Virus record (IMG/VR): IMGVR_UViG_3300014325_000011
Span: 1 to 64,000 of that record
Source: a virus
Reading direction: 5' to 3' (one strand)
Length of the DNA: 64,000 nt
Shown here: one piece after another, positions 39,686 to 48,643 of the stretch
How the letters are laid out: every line of letters starts with the position of its first letter
Numbering within the stretch: position 1 is the stretch's first letter
Made by a program: the position numbers and the translations under genes
The notes under the pieces: generated by a model
What the model saw: the letters and a program-made list of their open reading frames with translations, nothing else
The model's database searches: none
Told to the model about the DNA's origin: nothing

Positions 39686-40251
39686 CCCGCCCCCGGCCGC
39701 GTGTCCTCGACTGGACGACGGCAACCAGCCTCGCCGACCTCGGAGAGTTGACCGCTCGCTACCTCTCCGGCGAGGCCGACGCGTCACCCACCTACGGCGG
39801 CCCGCCGAACGCGGAGACCGCCGAAATCCTCGAACCGTTGCTCGCGTTGAACCATGCCGGTCTGGTCACCCACTGGTCCCAGCCGGGCGTGCCGACCGAA
39901 GGCTGGCAGCAACGCGCCAGCGTGGTCGGCTACTGCACACCTGACCTTGCCATTCGGCTCGCCGAATCCTGCCGCACGGCAGGATTGGACACCACCGTGA
40001 TCGCCCCATCGGACCGCCCCCGATGGCGGACCAGTTTCGCCCGGCGGGTGCCTGTAAGCCTGCGGAACGGCGAAGAGTTCACATGGCTTGGCGCGGTCGA
40101 ATCGACCCATGCGCTTCGCCGCGACTGGGGCTGGGCCCTTGCGCCGACAGGTCTGGCCGCCTTGCTCGACGCCTGCGAGTTCACCGTCCACGACCCGGAG
40201 TGGGGCCGCAAAGACCTGCTCTGGGACACGCTCACCAGGGAGATCCATTGA
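39682..40251 (+). CDS. Conserved actinobacterial protein (DUF6919-like)
   Basis: W..A.SL.DLGELTA.YL.G...ET......L..LN.AG..T..SQPG...QRA.V.G. Confidence 0.6.
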   Translation: MTRPRPRVLDWTTATSLADLGELTARYLSGEADASPTYGGPPNAETAEILEPLLALNHAGLVTHWSQPGVPTEGWQQRASVVGYCTPDLAIRLAESCRTAGLDTTVIAPSDRPRWRTSFARRVPVSLRNGEEFTWLGAVESTHALRRDWGWALAPTGLAALLDACEFTVHDPEWGRKDLLWDTLTREIH

Positions 40252-40562
40252 CCACCCGTCAACAGGCAGTCGCCGCCGCCACGCATGTGCTGGTGTTCAC
40301 TCCGCCGCGGATGTACGAGAAGATCCGCGACCGGGTCACCAAGCCCGGTTCCTGGGAACTGGTCACCATGGCCGACTTCAACGATGGGACCTCCGCGCCC
40401 GACGCCTGGGCGATGGAGACCGGACGGGACACGCCGATCGCGGCACTCAAGGCGTGGGCGGGTGCCCTTCTCCGCTATCCGGTGACCTTGACGAAAGGAT
40501 CGGCCCAGGTGGGTCGGCGTTCGGAGCCCCTGTACTGGGTGCAGCGGGAGGAGACCCCATGA
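40248..40562 (+). CDS. hypothetical protein (paralog of 37307-37663)
   Basis: TTG start overlapping the upstream stop; THVLVFTPP.MY..IRDRVTKPG.WEL.T...SEPLYWV. Confidence 0.7.
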   Translation: MTTRQQAVAAATHVLVFTPPRMYEKIRDRVTKPGSWELVTMADFNDGTSAPDAWAMETGRDTPIAALKAWAGALLRYPVTLTKGSAQVGRRSEPLYWVQREETP

Positions 40563-40674
40563 CCATCCGCCGCGTCCTGTCGGCGACCAGCTACCACGCC
40601 GTCGCTGTGGCGCTCGCCGCGCTGATCGTTGCCGCGGTCGCTTCCGAAGCCGAACGGACGATAGGAGCCCGGCA

Positions 40675-40959
40675 GTGAGTTGCGCCGAAGCCGTCGAAAC
40701 CCGCTTCTACGTCGAGCGGCCCGACGCCGACGGCTGGATACGGTACATGCCAGCCGTCATCGAAGTCCGCGTCGAGCAGACCGGCGAGGACACGCCGTTC
40801 GACGAACGCTGGCACACGGTCGCACCGCGCGAAATCGCCGACCAGTGGATGACGATCGTCCGCCACCGTATGGTCCGCGTCGACGGTCCAGCACGGTTGC
40901 TCACCGAAGACGAGCATCGGGCACTACTCGCTTCGACGGATCGGGCTCACGCATCGTAG
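40675..40959 (+). CDS. hypothetical protein
   Basis: AGGAG RBS, GTGA overlap. Confidence 0.55.
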   Translation: MSCAEAVETRFYVERPDADGWIRYMPAVIEVRVEQTGEDTPFDERWHTVAPREIADQWMTIVRHRMVRVDGPARLLTEDEHRALLASTDRAHAS

Positions 40960-41180
40960 GGCGGTCCCTCGATCGCCTCCGCTTCGGCCGCGGTGAGGTG
41001 GCGCGCGGCCAAGGCCCGCACACGCAGTTCAGCCTCTACGAGCGCATCGACTGGCACGTCGAGCGGCGAGTCTCCCGGCCTGCGGTTCGGGTCGGCTGCC
41101 ATCTCGGCGAGGGTACGGCGAACATCGGCTTCGATCTGGGCGCGAACCTCGGCCGGCACGTCAGCAGTGTTGTCAGACAT
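40947..41180 (-). CDS. hypothetical protein
   Basis: Coding-like helical ORF. Confidence 0.45.
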   Translation of the reverse strand: MSDNTADVPAEVRAQIEADVRRTLAEMAADPNRRPGDSPLDVPVDALVEAELRVRALAARHLTAAEAEAIEGPPYDA

Positions 41181-41236
41181 GGTCCGGCAGTCTGGACCAA
41201 GATTGCTGCCCAGACCAGCAGGGTAGATCACCCAGC

Positions 41237-41380
41237 ATGTTCGCTGTTTTCGCTGCTGTCTGCTTCCTACTCGCCGCCCTCAACGTCCACGCCGGGGATG
41301 TGAACCTGGTCTGGCTGGGTCTGGCCTTCTGGGCCGCCGACTTCGCCTTCCCATACCGGCCCGGCATGCTGAACCGTTGA
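41237..41380 (+). CDS. 47-aa two-TM membrane protein (not in the ORF track)
   Basis: MFAVFAAVCFLLAALNVHAGDVNLVWLGLAFWAADFAFPYRPGMLNR. Confidence 0.55.
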   Translation: MFAVFAAVCFLLAALNVHAGDVNLVWLGLAFWAADFAFPYRPGMLNR

Positions 41381-41404
41381 CACCTGTTTCCAGGCATGCC
41401 GAAG

Positions 41405-41443
41405 ACGGCCCGGCTGCCTCCACCAGGGAGACAGCCGGGCCGT
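41405..41443. terminator. Hairpin terminator between convergent units
   Basis: ACGGCCCGGCTG...CAGCCGGGCCGT. Confidence 0.65.
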
Positions 41444-41470
41444 TGTGTGAGTTGATCCGCGAGGCGGAGC

Positions 41471-41824
41471 TTACGGGATCGACGCCGTGTTCGGGTTGCC
41501 GACCTTCTTCGCCACAGCACCCTTCGCCAACGCCAGAACGGCGGCGATCAGGGGTACGTAGGCGTCGGGCACGCCCCACAGGGTGACAGGCAGAGCAGCC
41601 AGTGCGACCTGCAACGCCGTCCACCCAGCTTTCTCGACTGCGGCGGCGAGCGAACCGAACCCGGTGACGCTCGTCAGTAGCCCGCCGAGCAGCGACAGGA
41701 CGGCGGCGATCGGCAAAGCCCACCACACATGTGAGCCGTTGAATGCGGTGACGGCCACGCCGATCGCGGAGAACAGGGCGGTTGCGAACACCCGCCAGGA
41801 CAGATCCTTGCCGAACGCGGACAT
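41471..41824 (-). CDS. Holin-like membrane protein
   Basis: 4 TM segments; EKAGWTALQ...KG.VAKKVGNPNTAS resembles r1t-type holins; in the lysis cluster. Confidence 0.65.
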   Translation of the reverse strand: MSAFGKDLSWRVFATALFSAIGVAVTAFNGSHVWWALPIAAVLSLLGGLLTSVTGFGSLAAAVEKAGWTALQVALAALPVTLWGVPDAYVPLIAAVLALAKGAVAKKVGNPNTASIP

Positions 41825-41854
41825 GCGCGGTCTTCTTTCCGGGGTGGGGTCGGG

Positions 41855-42214
41855 TCAGCCGGCGGCCGGCGGATTGACCGCCCCGTCGGCCTCGGTGGTG
41901 AGGTCTTCGAGCGCCGACGTGTCGACACCGACCGCGGTGTGGACGTCGGCGAGGCCGGAGACGGCGGCGTCGATCGCAGCCTGCGCGGCGGGCGGGATCG
42001 ACTGGCCGGCGGTCTGGAGTGCGGCGACGAGGGCTTGGACGGCGGCGGTGAGCTGGCCGATGACCGCGGCTTCGGCGGATTCGTCGGCGGCGGCTTGGGT
42101 CACGGCGGCGGTCAGGTCGTCGATGCTGGCCATGAGCGGACCGATCCTTTCGGAGAGGGTGTGAACCGCCTCGGCGAGGACGGCGACTGGAGATCGGCGG
42201 CGGCAGAGGCGCAT
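41855..42214 (-). CDS. Coiled-coil lysis-region protein
   Basis: GGGAGG RBS; second RBS GAAAGGA before the internal Met at 42133. Confidence 0.6.
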   Translation of the reverse strand: MRLCRRRSPVAVLAEAVHTLSERIGPLMASIDDLTAAVTQAAADESAEAAVIGQLTAAVQALVAALQTAGQSIPPAAQAAIDAAVSGLADVHTAVGVDTSALEDLTTEADGAVNPPAAG

Positions 42215-42244
42215 CCGCACCTCCCGGATTGAGGGCGAGACGGG

Positions 42245-43489
42245 CTAGGAGGCGGCGCGGAACGTCCACACCGCCGGGTTGCTGGACGTGCCGACCTGCG
42301 GCAGGTTGGCGCCGCCAATCGAGATCCCCTTGGCGCCCATCCACGCGGCGAACGCCCCCTGGTAGACGGCGAACGCCTTCGCCAACTCCACGTCGGCCGG
42401 GTCGGGCTGCGCCGACGGCACCGGGCTCGGCGGCGGAGTCGGAGTCTGCGTGAGGAGGCTGGCGAGGGCTGTTCCGACGGGCACGCCAAGCCCCGAGTCG
42501 GCATCCCAGCCGACAGACGGCGGGTAGACGTCCCTGCCCCCACCGGAGACGATGTCGACGAACGCCTTCGGGTTGGCGTACAGCAACTCGGCCGCGTTCC
42601 GGATCGGCCCGCCGTTGAGCTGGCACAGCCGGGCCCAAAGCCCGGCCATCAGCGGTGCGACCGCGGAAGTTCCGCCGACCGTGGCCCACTGGCCGCCGGT
42701 CACCATCTGATAGCCCGAGTTCGGATCGGCGTTCCCTGCCAGGTCGGGCAGGCCGCGGTGGGAACCGACTGTGGACGGCTGCCAGGCGGGCCGCGCGAAC
42801 ACCTTGGAGTAGCCGCCACCGGTCGCCGAGTCGGCCGAGTCATCCCAGGGTGTCTCCGACAGCCGCGCCCCCGACGAGTCGAGGACAAGCCGGGTACCGC
42901 CGCAGGCAAACACGTTCGGCGACGACGCTGGGAAGTCGGCGACCTTCCGGCCCGTGCCGTCCAGGTCGCCGCTGTCCCCGGCCGCGCAGAACACGGCAAC
43001 CCCAGCGGCGGCCGCCTTCGCGAACACCGCGTCGTAGGCGCGCATCGTCGCCGCCGTCCACGACGACTCCGGGCCACCCCACGAGCACGACACCGCGCAG
43101 GCGCCCGACGCGATCGCAGCCTCAAACGCGTCCAGAAAGCCCGCATCCGAGTTCTCGCCGAAGAAGACGAGCTGCTTGGCGCCCGGAGCCGCGGCGGCGA
43201 CCACCTCGACGTCGAGCATCACCTCGACATCGGCCCCGCCCGGGTCGGCGACGATCGACGCCCCACCGACCGCGGTTGCGGTCACCGATGGAACGGCGAT
43301 GCCCGAGCCCTTGCAGAACATGGCCAGGTCCGTCGGGCTGTAGGCGCCGCCGAGTTCGACGATCGCCACCGTCTGCCCGGTGCCGTCCGCCGTGGTGGGG
43401 AACTGGTAGGCGCCGGTGATCTGTGTGACGGTGAGGGCCTTCGGGCTGCTGCCCGCGCGAGGAAGGGTAAGGCGGGGGGTTGCTCGCAT
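42245..43489 (-). CDS. Peptidase S53 (sedolisin/kumamolisin) catalytic domain
   Basis: EVMLDVE (Glu/Asp), SCSWG, AAGDSG, DFPASSP, GGTSAVAP (Ser), GWD...GLG.P. Confidence 0.92.
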   Translation of the reverse strand: MRATPRLTLPRAGSSPKALTVTQITGAYQFPTTADGTGQTVAIVELGGAYSPTDLAMFCKGSGIAVPSVTATAVGGASIVADPGGADVEVMLDVEVVAAAAPGAKQLVFFGENSDAGFLDAFEAAIASGACAVSCSWGGPESSWTAATMRAYDAVFAKAAAAGVAVFCAAGDSGDLDGTGRKVADFPASSPNVFACGGTRLVLDSSGARLSETPWDDSADSATGGGYSKVFARPAWQPSTVGSHRGLPDLAGNADPNSGYQMVTGGQWATVGGTSAVAPLMAGLWARLCQLNGGPIRNAAELLYANPKAFVDIVSGGGRDVYPPSVGWDADSGLGVPVGTALASLLTQTPTPPPSPVPSAQPDPADVELAKAFAVYQGAFAAWMGAKGISIGGANLPQVGTSSNPAVWTFRAAS

Positions 43490-43511
43490 GTGCGGCCTCC
43501 AGAGGGCATGC

Positions 43512-43541
43512 GAAAAAGCCCCCGGCCGGAGACCGAGGGCT
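43512..43541 (-). terminator. Intrinsic terminator after the endolysin
   Basis: Minus strand AGCCCTCGG...CCGGGGGCT hairpin followed by TTTT. Confidence 0.6.
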
Positions 43542-43553
43542 GAAAGAGACGGG

Positions 43554-44654
43554 TCAGACCTGCGGCCGAACTAGCGCTGTCGCGGTCGCGGGTGGCAGCA
43601 CCGCGCGCAGAGTCAGCCCGGTCAGCGCCGCTGTCAGCGCATCCAGCCGTGACAGCACAGGCGTCAGATCAGCCCCACCCGCGGTCGACACGGGCAACGC
43701 TTTGATGGCGGTGAGAACGGCGACAAGCTGCTGGGAGAGTGCGTTCAGCGCGGCTACGACTTCGCCAGTCGGCCCGAGGTAGTTGACGATCTGCCCGACC
43801 TCGGACGAAATCGCATCTGACCGGGCGGCAATAGACAGGTCGCCCTTGTTCCAGCCGAGCGCGGCAATGATCGCGTTGACACCGTTGTAGACGGTCTGCT
43901 CCAGCGACAGGATCGCCTTCTCGGTGGCCGCCCACGCAGGCTGGCCTGCGCCAGTGCCCTCGTTGAGGACGGCGCGGACGATGCCTGCCATCTGCTGGGC
44001 CGTGGGGTCGTCGAGCACGAGACCTCCAAGAGTGGGGAGCCATTCGCGCAGGACGCGGGAACTGTCCGACTTGCCGGGGATACCGGGCTGGACGGCCTGG
44101 TTGGTGTACTGGCGGGCGACGACCTGTGTCCGGTCCCAGCCGGCGGGCAGCGGCATCGCCGAGTCGGCGACGGCGGCGTTGTAGGTCGCGAGGTGCAGAC
44201 GGCGCCAGCCCGGCGGCAGGATGCCCGCGGTCAGGCCGACTGGTGTGGCGTACCAGATGCCGCTGTAGATCACGCCGGTTGGGTAGCCGTACTGGACGAG
44301 CCGGTTGGCGAAGTCGGCGGCATGCCGGCCGCCAAGGTTGGCATGGTCGTTCGGGTCTTCGGCATCCAGACACACCCAGTCGCGGGGACCGGCACCACCA
44401 GCCGCTTCGAGGGCAGCGACGAAATGATCGGCTTCGGCGATGCCGCTGGACTGGGACGGCCGCGCGAAATGGTAGGCACCGCGGGCCAGACCCAACGCGT
44501 TGGTGTGCTGCCACCAGGTGGCGAACAGCGGGTTGGTGTAGCCGACACCTTCGGTGGCTTTCATCATGAGCCGGTCGCGGCCCGAGCGGGCGTAGGTGGT
44601 GAGGTCGAGGCCGGCTTGGTAGGGGTAGGAGACGTCACTGAACTCGGGAGGCAT
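43554..44654 (-). CDS. Endolysin, GH25 muramidase
   Basis: DVS..Q...KATEG..Y.NP.F...GAYHFARP...LDAE...IYSG...QYT. Confidence 0.88.
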   Translation of the reverse strand: MPPEFSDVSYPYQAGLDLTTYARSGRDRLMMKATEGVGYTNPLFATWWQHTNALGLARGAYHFARPSQSSGIAEADHFVAALEAAGGAGPRDWVCLDAEDPNDHANLGGRHAADFANRLVQYGYPTGVIYSGIWYATPVGLTAGILPPGWRRLHLATYNAAVADSAMPLPAGWDRTQVVARQYTNQAVQPGIPGKSDSSRVLREWLPTLGGLVLDDPTAQQMAGIVRAVLNEGTGAGQPAWAATEKAILSLEQTVYNGVNAIIAALGWNKGDLSIAARSDAISSEVGQIVNYLGPTGEVVAALNALSQQLVAVLTAIKALPVSTAGGADLTPVLSRLDALTAALTGLTLRAVLPPATATALVRPQV

Positions 44655-44751
44655 GGAGTCTCCCGTAATCGACAGGTGGTTAGCGGCCACATTTCGTGCT
44701 AGGCTTAGCTAGCAGCGGACGCGTTCCGAGCGGCAGCCACAGGGGGACCAC

Positions 44752-45171
44752 ATGCTCACCGAAATCGACAGCAGCACCGACCTCGCGACGATCCTCAACG
44801 CGCCGCCGGCCACCGAGCAGGACGCCGCCGAGACGCCAGCCGACTGGCCCGGGATCGGCCTCATCGGACGCGATGGGGTCATCCACACCTACGACCTCGA
44901 CAAGGCCATCACCACGGCCACCTTCGCCGCACTCGCCGATGGCACGGCCGCCGCCCGCCTCGAAGCAGGCCGGTGGGTTCCCGACCGCGACGAGTGGATC
45001 GACAGTGACCTTGACGCCGCTGTCGTCCGCGACTTCCGCCGGGTCGAAACGTCACAGGGCTCATTCCGCGAGGAAACCGTCCACGACACAATCGAGCAGG
45101 CGAACGCCGCCTACCTCTCGGAGATCGCCGAGATGGAGAAGCTGCGCGACCTGCCCGAGTACCAGCAGTGA
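44752..45171 (+). CDS. hypothetical protein (opposite-strand insert)
   Basis: AGGGGGA RBS; upstream TG-C-TAGGCT -10. Confidence 0.6.
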   Translation: MLTEIDSSTDLATILNAPPATEQDAAETPADWPGIGLIGRDGVIHTYDLDKAITTATFAALADGTAAARLEAGRWVPDRDEWIDSDLDAAVVRDFRRVETSQGSFREETVHDTIEQANAAYLSEIAEMEKLRDLPEYQQ

Positions 45172-45455
45172 CATCAGTCCGGACGAACCGCTTGCTCGCC
45201 CAGTTCGCACTGTCGACCCGGCAGGCGGCGGCGGATAGGCGGGCACTTCTCGCCGAGGCCCTGCACACGGAACTCGGCACTGACGAGGCTGTTGCCGAGG
45301 CGGTTTCAGCACACCAAGGGCGGTCGGTGTCGCGCCCGGCTATCGAGCAGGTGCGGCGCCGCGCAGTCGAGGTGAAAGCCGATCCTGTCCGCTACGCCGC
45401 TGCGCTCGCACTCGGCGGCCCCATCCCAACTGCCAGCACCGCCAGGAGAGCATGA
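45168..45455 (+). CDS. small putative DNA-binding protein
   Basis: GTGA overlap; DEAVAEAV...VSRPAIEQVRRR HTH-like. Confidence 0.45.
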   Translation: MTSVRTNRLLAQFALSTRQAAADRRALLAEALHTELGTDEAVAEAVSAHQGRSVSRPAIEQVRRRAVEVKADPVRYAAALALGGPIPTASTARRA

Positions 45456-45829
45456 TGACCATCAGCACGCTGATCATTCGGCCAACGGTCGCAGACGTGG
45501 CCCCCGGCCAGGACATCGCCAGCGGCATGCTGCGGGTTGGCTGGGATGACCTGCCCGAGCGCGCCCAGCAGTGGGCCACCGAGCACGGCTACGGCCAGCC
45601 CGGCGTCATCCTGAACCTCGCGACTGGCGACCGTACCGCCACCGGCCGGCGGACGCTCAGCGATGGCCGAGTCGTTCCCGTCGGCGTGCCCTACAACATC
45701 CAACACCTGCCGATGCTCGCGATCGACCTGTATGTCCCGCCGACCCCGTACGAGGTCAGGCGAGAGCCATCAGACGCGGAACTTGCTCAGTCGCTTCGCC
45801 GGATCGACCGGATCGAACAGCACCGCTGA
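45452..45829 (+). CDS. hypothetical protein
   Basis: AGGAG RBS, ATGA overlap. Confidence 0.55.
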   Translation: MMTISTLIIRPTVADVAPGQDIASGMLRVGWDDLPERAQQWATEHGYGQPGVILNLATGDRTATGRRTLSDGRVVPVGVPYNIQHLPMLAIDLYVPPTPYEVRREPSDAELAQSLRRIDRIEQHR

Positions 45830-45884
45830 CCTGCCGCGAGCCCCCGAGCCAATCCGGCCGGGGGCTGGTGGCATTCGAGCCCAC

Positions 45885-47372
45885 TCAGGCAGCCAGCATC
45901 TGAGGACCGGCTTTCACCTTCGGAATCGTCACCCCGGTGAGCCCACTGGCCACCGTGTTCCCGCTGATCGTGTTGTTCCCGGACCCTCCGGACCATGTGC
46001 CGGTGAGCTGTCCGGGCGCGACGTCGCACCAGTTGCCGGTGATGGTGTTGAACATCGACCGCCGCGCGTCCGACCTGTCGCCGCCGTTCTGGTCCATGTA
46101 GATCGTCACGCTAGCCGGGTTGCCCCACACGTAGTTACCCGTCGCACTGTCGTGGTTGCTGGACTGGATGACGAGGCCGGCAGCGCGCCACGGGTCCAAC
46201 CTGGCACCTTTGCCGTTGCCGGCGATCAGGTTCCCGGTGAAGACGTTGTTCCCGCCGGTCTCGTCACACAGGCCCGAGCCATAGTTCGAGTAGATCAGGT
46301 TCCCGGTGAACGTGTTCCCGCTACTCGGGGACGCCGACACATGGTCGCCGGTCAGCCCGCAGCTCACGTCCATCCACAGCCCCGGGCCGCCGATACCGCC
46401 GTAGGCGATTCCGGCCGGGTTCGCCTTGTGGATCAGATTGCCGACCCACGTCGCGCCGGTCATCAGCGCCATTTTGATCCCGCCATTGTCACCAGGCCCG
46501 GTGTCGACCGCGGTCGACGTGAAGTTGGCGTAAAGCTGGTTGTAGCGAACCGTCGACCCTGCGCCGCCGCCCATGATCCCGTGAGCCTGGTTGTGATGCA
46601 CTGTCGAGTTCTCGATCAGCGACCGGTCGCCCAGCCCGAAACCGGTGTAGCTCCCGGTCAGCTCACAGTTGGCGACATGCCAACCGGAAGCGCCCGGACG
46701 GGCACCGCGGCCATTGCTCTCGATCGCCGAGTAGTAGTAGCCGACCGGGGACTTTCCGCTACACCCCTGGACAGTCATGTTGAAGATCCCGACACCTGTG
46801 GCCGACGAGTCCGAGTTCGTCCACCACACGTTGTTCGTGATCGTCGCGCCCGCACCCTGGCCGTAGAACTGCTGGCCGGCCTTCGGGTACACGACAGACG
46901 GGCCCGTGTAGGTCCCTGCGGCCAAGGCGAACACAGTCCCCGCAGGGTTGGCCTGCGCAAAGCTGTTGATGTTCGCCCCGGCGGGGATCGGCACAGCGCC
47001 TGACGGGATCGCCAGCGGGGCAGGCATCAGCACCCGGTCCGGCCATGCCGACGTGTCCGCCAGGTTCGTCGTGCCACCCCAGTAGACGCCATCCGCCGGA
47101 GGCGGAGTCGAACCACCGGAGCCACCCGAGCCGCCCGGATCGGTGGTACCACCCGACCCCCCCGAACCGCCAGACCCGCCAGGGTTGGTCGACGCCGGCT
47201 GAGGTGCTGGCAGCCACGACACCGACGTGCCGTCCATCAGCACCCACACCGTGTCGCCCACCGACGGGGCAGCCACACCCGCAGCAGCCGAAACGGCGAC
47301 CTGCGCGGCGATCTGCACCGACGGACGGCCCTGCGAGTCAACCGAAACAACAGTGCCCTGAAAGACGGCCAT
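45885..47372 (-). CDS. Tail spike-like protein: OB-fold-like N-terminus plus right-handed parallel beta-helix
   Basis: GTVVSVD...PSVGDTVWV; G/S linker; Asn/Gly-rich PbH1-like repeats. Confidence 0.7.
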   Translation of the reverse strand: MAVFQGTVVSVDSQGRPSVQIAAQVAVSAAAGVAAPSVGDTVWVLMDGTSVSWLPAPQPASTNPGGSGGSGGSGGTTDPGGSGGSGGSTPPPADGVYWGGTTNLADTSAWPDRVLMPAPLAIPSGAVPIPAGANINSFAQANPAGTVFALAAGTYTGPSVVYPKAGQQFYGQGAGATITNNVWWTNSDSSATGVGIFNMTVQGCSGKSPVGYYYSAIESNGRGARPGASGWHVANCELTGSYTGFGLGDRSLIENSTVHHNQAHGIMGGGAGSTVRYNQLYANFTSTAVDTGPGDNGGIKMALMTGATWVGNLIHKANPAGIAYGGIGGPGLWMDVSCGLTGDHVSASPSSGNTFTGNLIYSNYGSGLCDETGGNNVFTGNLIAGNGKGARLDPWRAAGLVIQSSNHDSATGNYVWGNPASVTIYMDQNGGDRSDARRSMFNTITGNWCDVAPGQLTGTWSGGSGNNTISGNTVASGLTGVTIPKVKAGPQMLAA

Positions 47373-47440
47373 GGCGGTCTCCGTTCGAGCGCACGAAGAA
47401 GACCGAACACCGCGGAGGCATCCGGCCGAGGGAAGGGGGG

Positions 47441-48046
47441 TTAGCGTTGCGGCACGGTGCAGGTCAGCGGGGCCGCCGGGTAGCCGCGCAGAAACATCTG
47501 CTCGGCGCTGATCCGCCCGTCGAACACGGTGTGCGCGAACGCTTTCGTCGCATCCGACGCCCTCGGACCCGTCAGCAGCGCCAGCGATGCCTGATCGGCT
47601 GCCAGCTCGCCGCGGACGAACGCAACCTCCGTTGCCGTCCGCACCTGCGACACCTGGCAGTTCGCAGCCCGCTCCTGCGCCAACTGGTCAAACTGGGTCC
47701 GGGTTGCCGCCAGATCGCGGGACCGCATCACCAGCACAAGGCCAGTCGAGGCCACCCCACCCAGAATCGTCAGCAACAGCAGGGCGGCGACGACAATGCG
47801 CCGGCGGGTACCCCGCACCTGCGAGGCGACCTCCACCCGCGGTGCCGCATCCTCGGCGACCTGTTCGGTACGGGCCTTCGCCTCGGCAAGCCGATGGTCG
47901 TATTCGACCCGGTCCGCCTCGACCTGCCGCGTCAGCTCCTGGGTTGCCGACAGCAGCCCGTTGAGCGCACCCGTGATGTCCTCGCGACCGTCGGCCAGCC
48001 GGTTCGCCGCATCGGCCAACTGTCGGAGGGCCTCGCTATTCGGCAT
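47441..48046 (-). CDS. Membrane-anchored coiled-coil protein
   Basis: Coiled coil, one TM, two Cys. Confidence 0.6.
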   Translation of the reverse strand: MPNSEALRQLADAANRLADGREDITGALNGLLSATQELTRQVEADRVEYDHRLAEAKARTEQVAEDAAPRVEVASQVRGTRRRIVVAALLLLTILGGVASTGLVLVMRSRDLAATRTQFDQLAQERAANCQVSQVRTATEVAFVRGELAADQASLALLTGPRASDATKAFAHTVFDGRISAEQMFLRGYPAAPLTCTVPQR

Positions 48047-48227
48047 CGGGGTCCTCCGGGAGACGGGCCACAAGCTCCGCGATCACCACGTCGTGAAGCG
48101 CAAGCTGGTCGAGGAGGTCCTCGTAAACCTCCCCGGCGTCCGACAAAAGCGTTGAAATCGCCCTCAAACGGCGAGCGGAAGCGGGCGGCAGCACGGCTGT
48201 CGGCATCCGTACCGCCTCATCGCTCAC
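48036..48227 (-). CDS. hypothetical protein
   Basis: Overlaps both neighbours. Confidence 0.5.
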   Translation of the reverse strand: MSDEAVRMPTAVLPPASARRLRAISTLLSDAGEVYEDLLDQLALHDVVIAELVARLPEDPDAE

Positions 48228-48625
48228 GGTGCGCCCGCCCGCCTCGCCAGTTCGTGCAGATGCTCGCGGGCGAGATCATTCGACCGGACCAGCGCATCCG
48301 TCGACCGGGTCAATGCCGGTACCACCTGATCGCGGGTGAACGCGAACGACGTGTCCAACCCGGTTCGCAGCGCGGCGATCTCCCCGTCCTGCTGGGCGAT
48401 CGTCTGCTGCAAAGCGGCAACCTCACGCTGATGGGCCGTCTCCCGGGCGTCCAACTCGTCCCGGTGGGCGGAATCCTGCCTGGACACCACCCATCCGGGG
48501 ACCAGCATCCGCGTCAGCAGAAGAACGACCACGATCCCTAGAACGCCGTAGCCCAAAATCTGGGACAGCACATCCGCGGGAGGACTGTCCGCAGCCACAG
48601 CCGCAGCGGCGAGGACGGCAATCAT
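48224..48625 (-). CDS. Membrane protein with coiled coil (lysis-accessory-like)
   Basis: GYGVLGIVVVLLL..MLVP followed by a coiled coil. Confidence 0.6.
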   Translation of the reverse strand: MIAVLAAAAVAADSPPADVLSQILGYGVLGIVVVLLLTRMLVPGWVVSRQDSAHRDELDARETAHQREVAALQQTIAQQDGEIAALRTGLDTSFAFTRDQVVPALTRSTDALVRSNDLAREHLHELARRAGAP

Positions 48626-48643
48626 CGGCAGCCGATCCGGACG

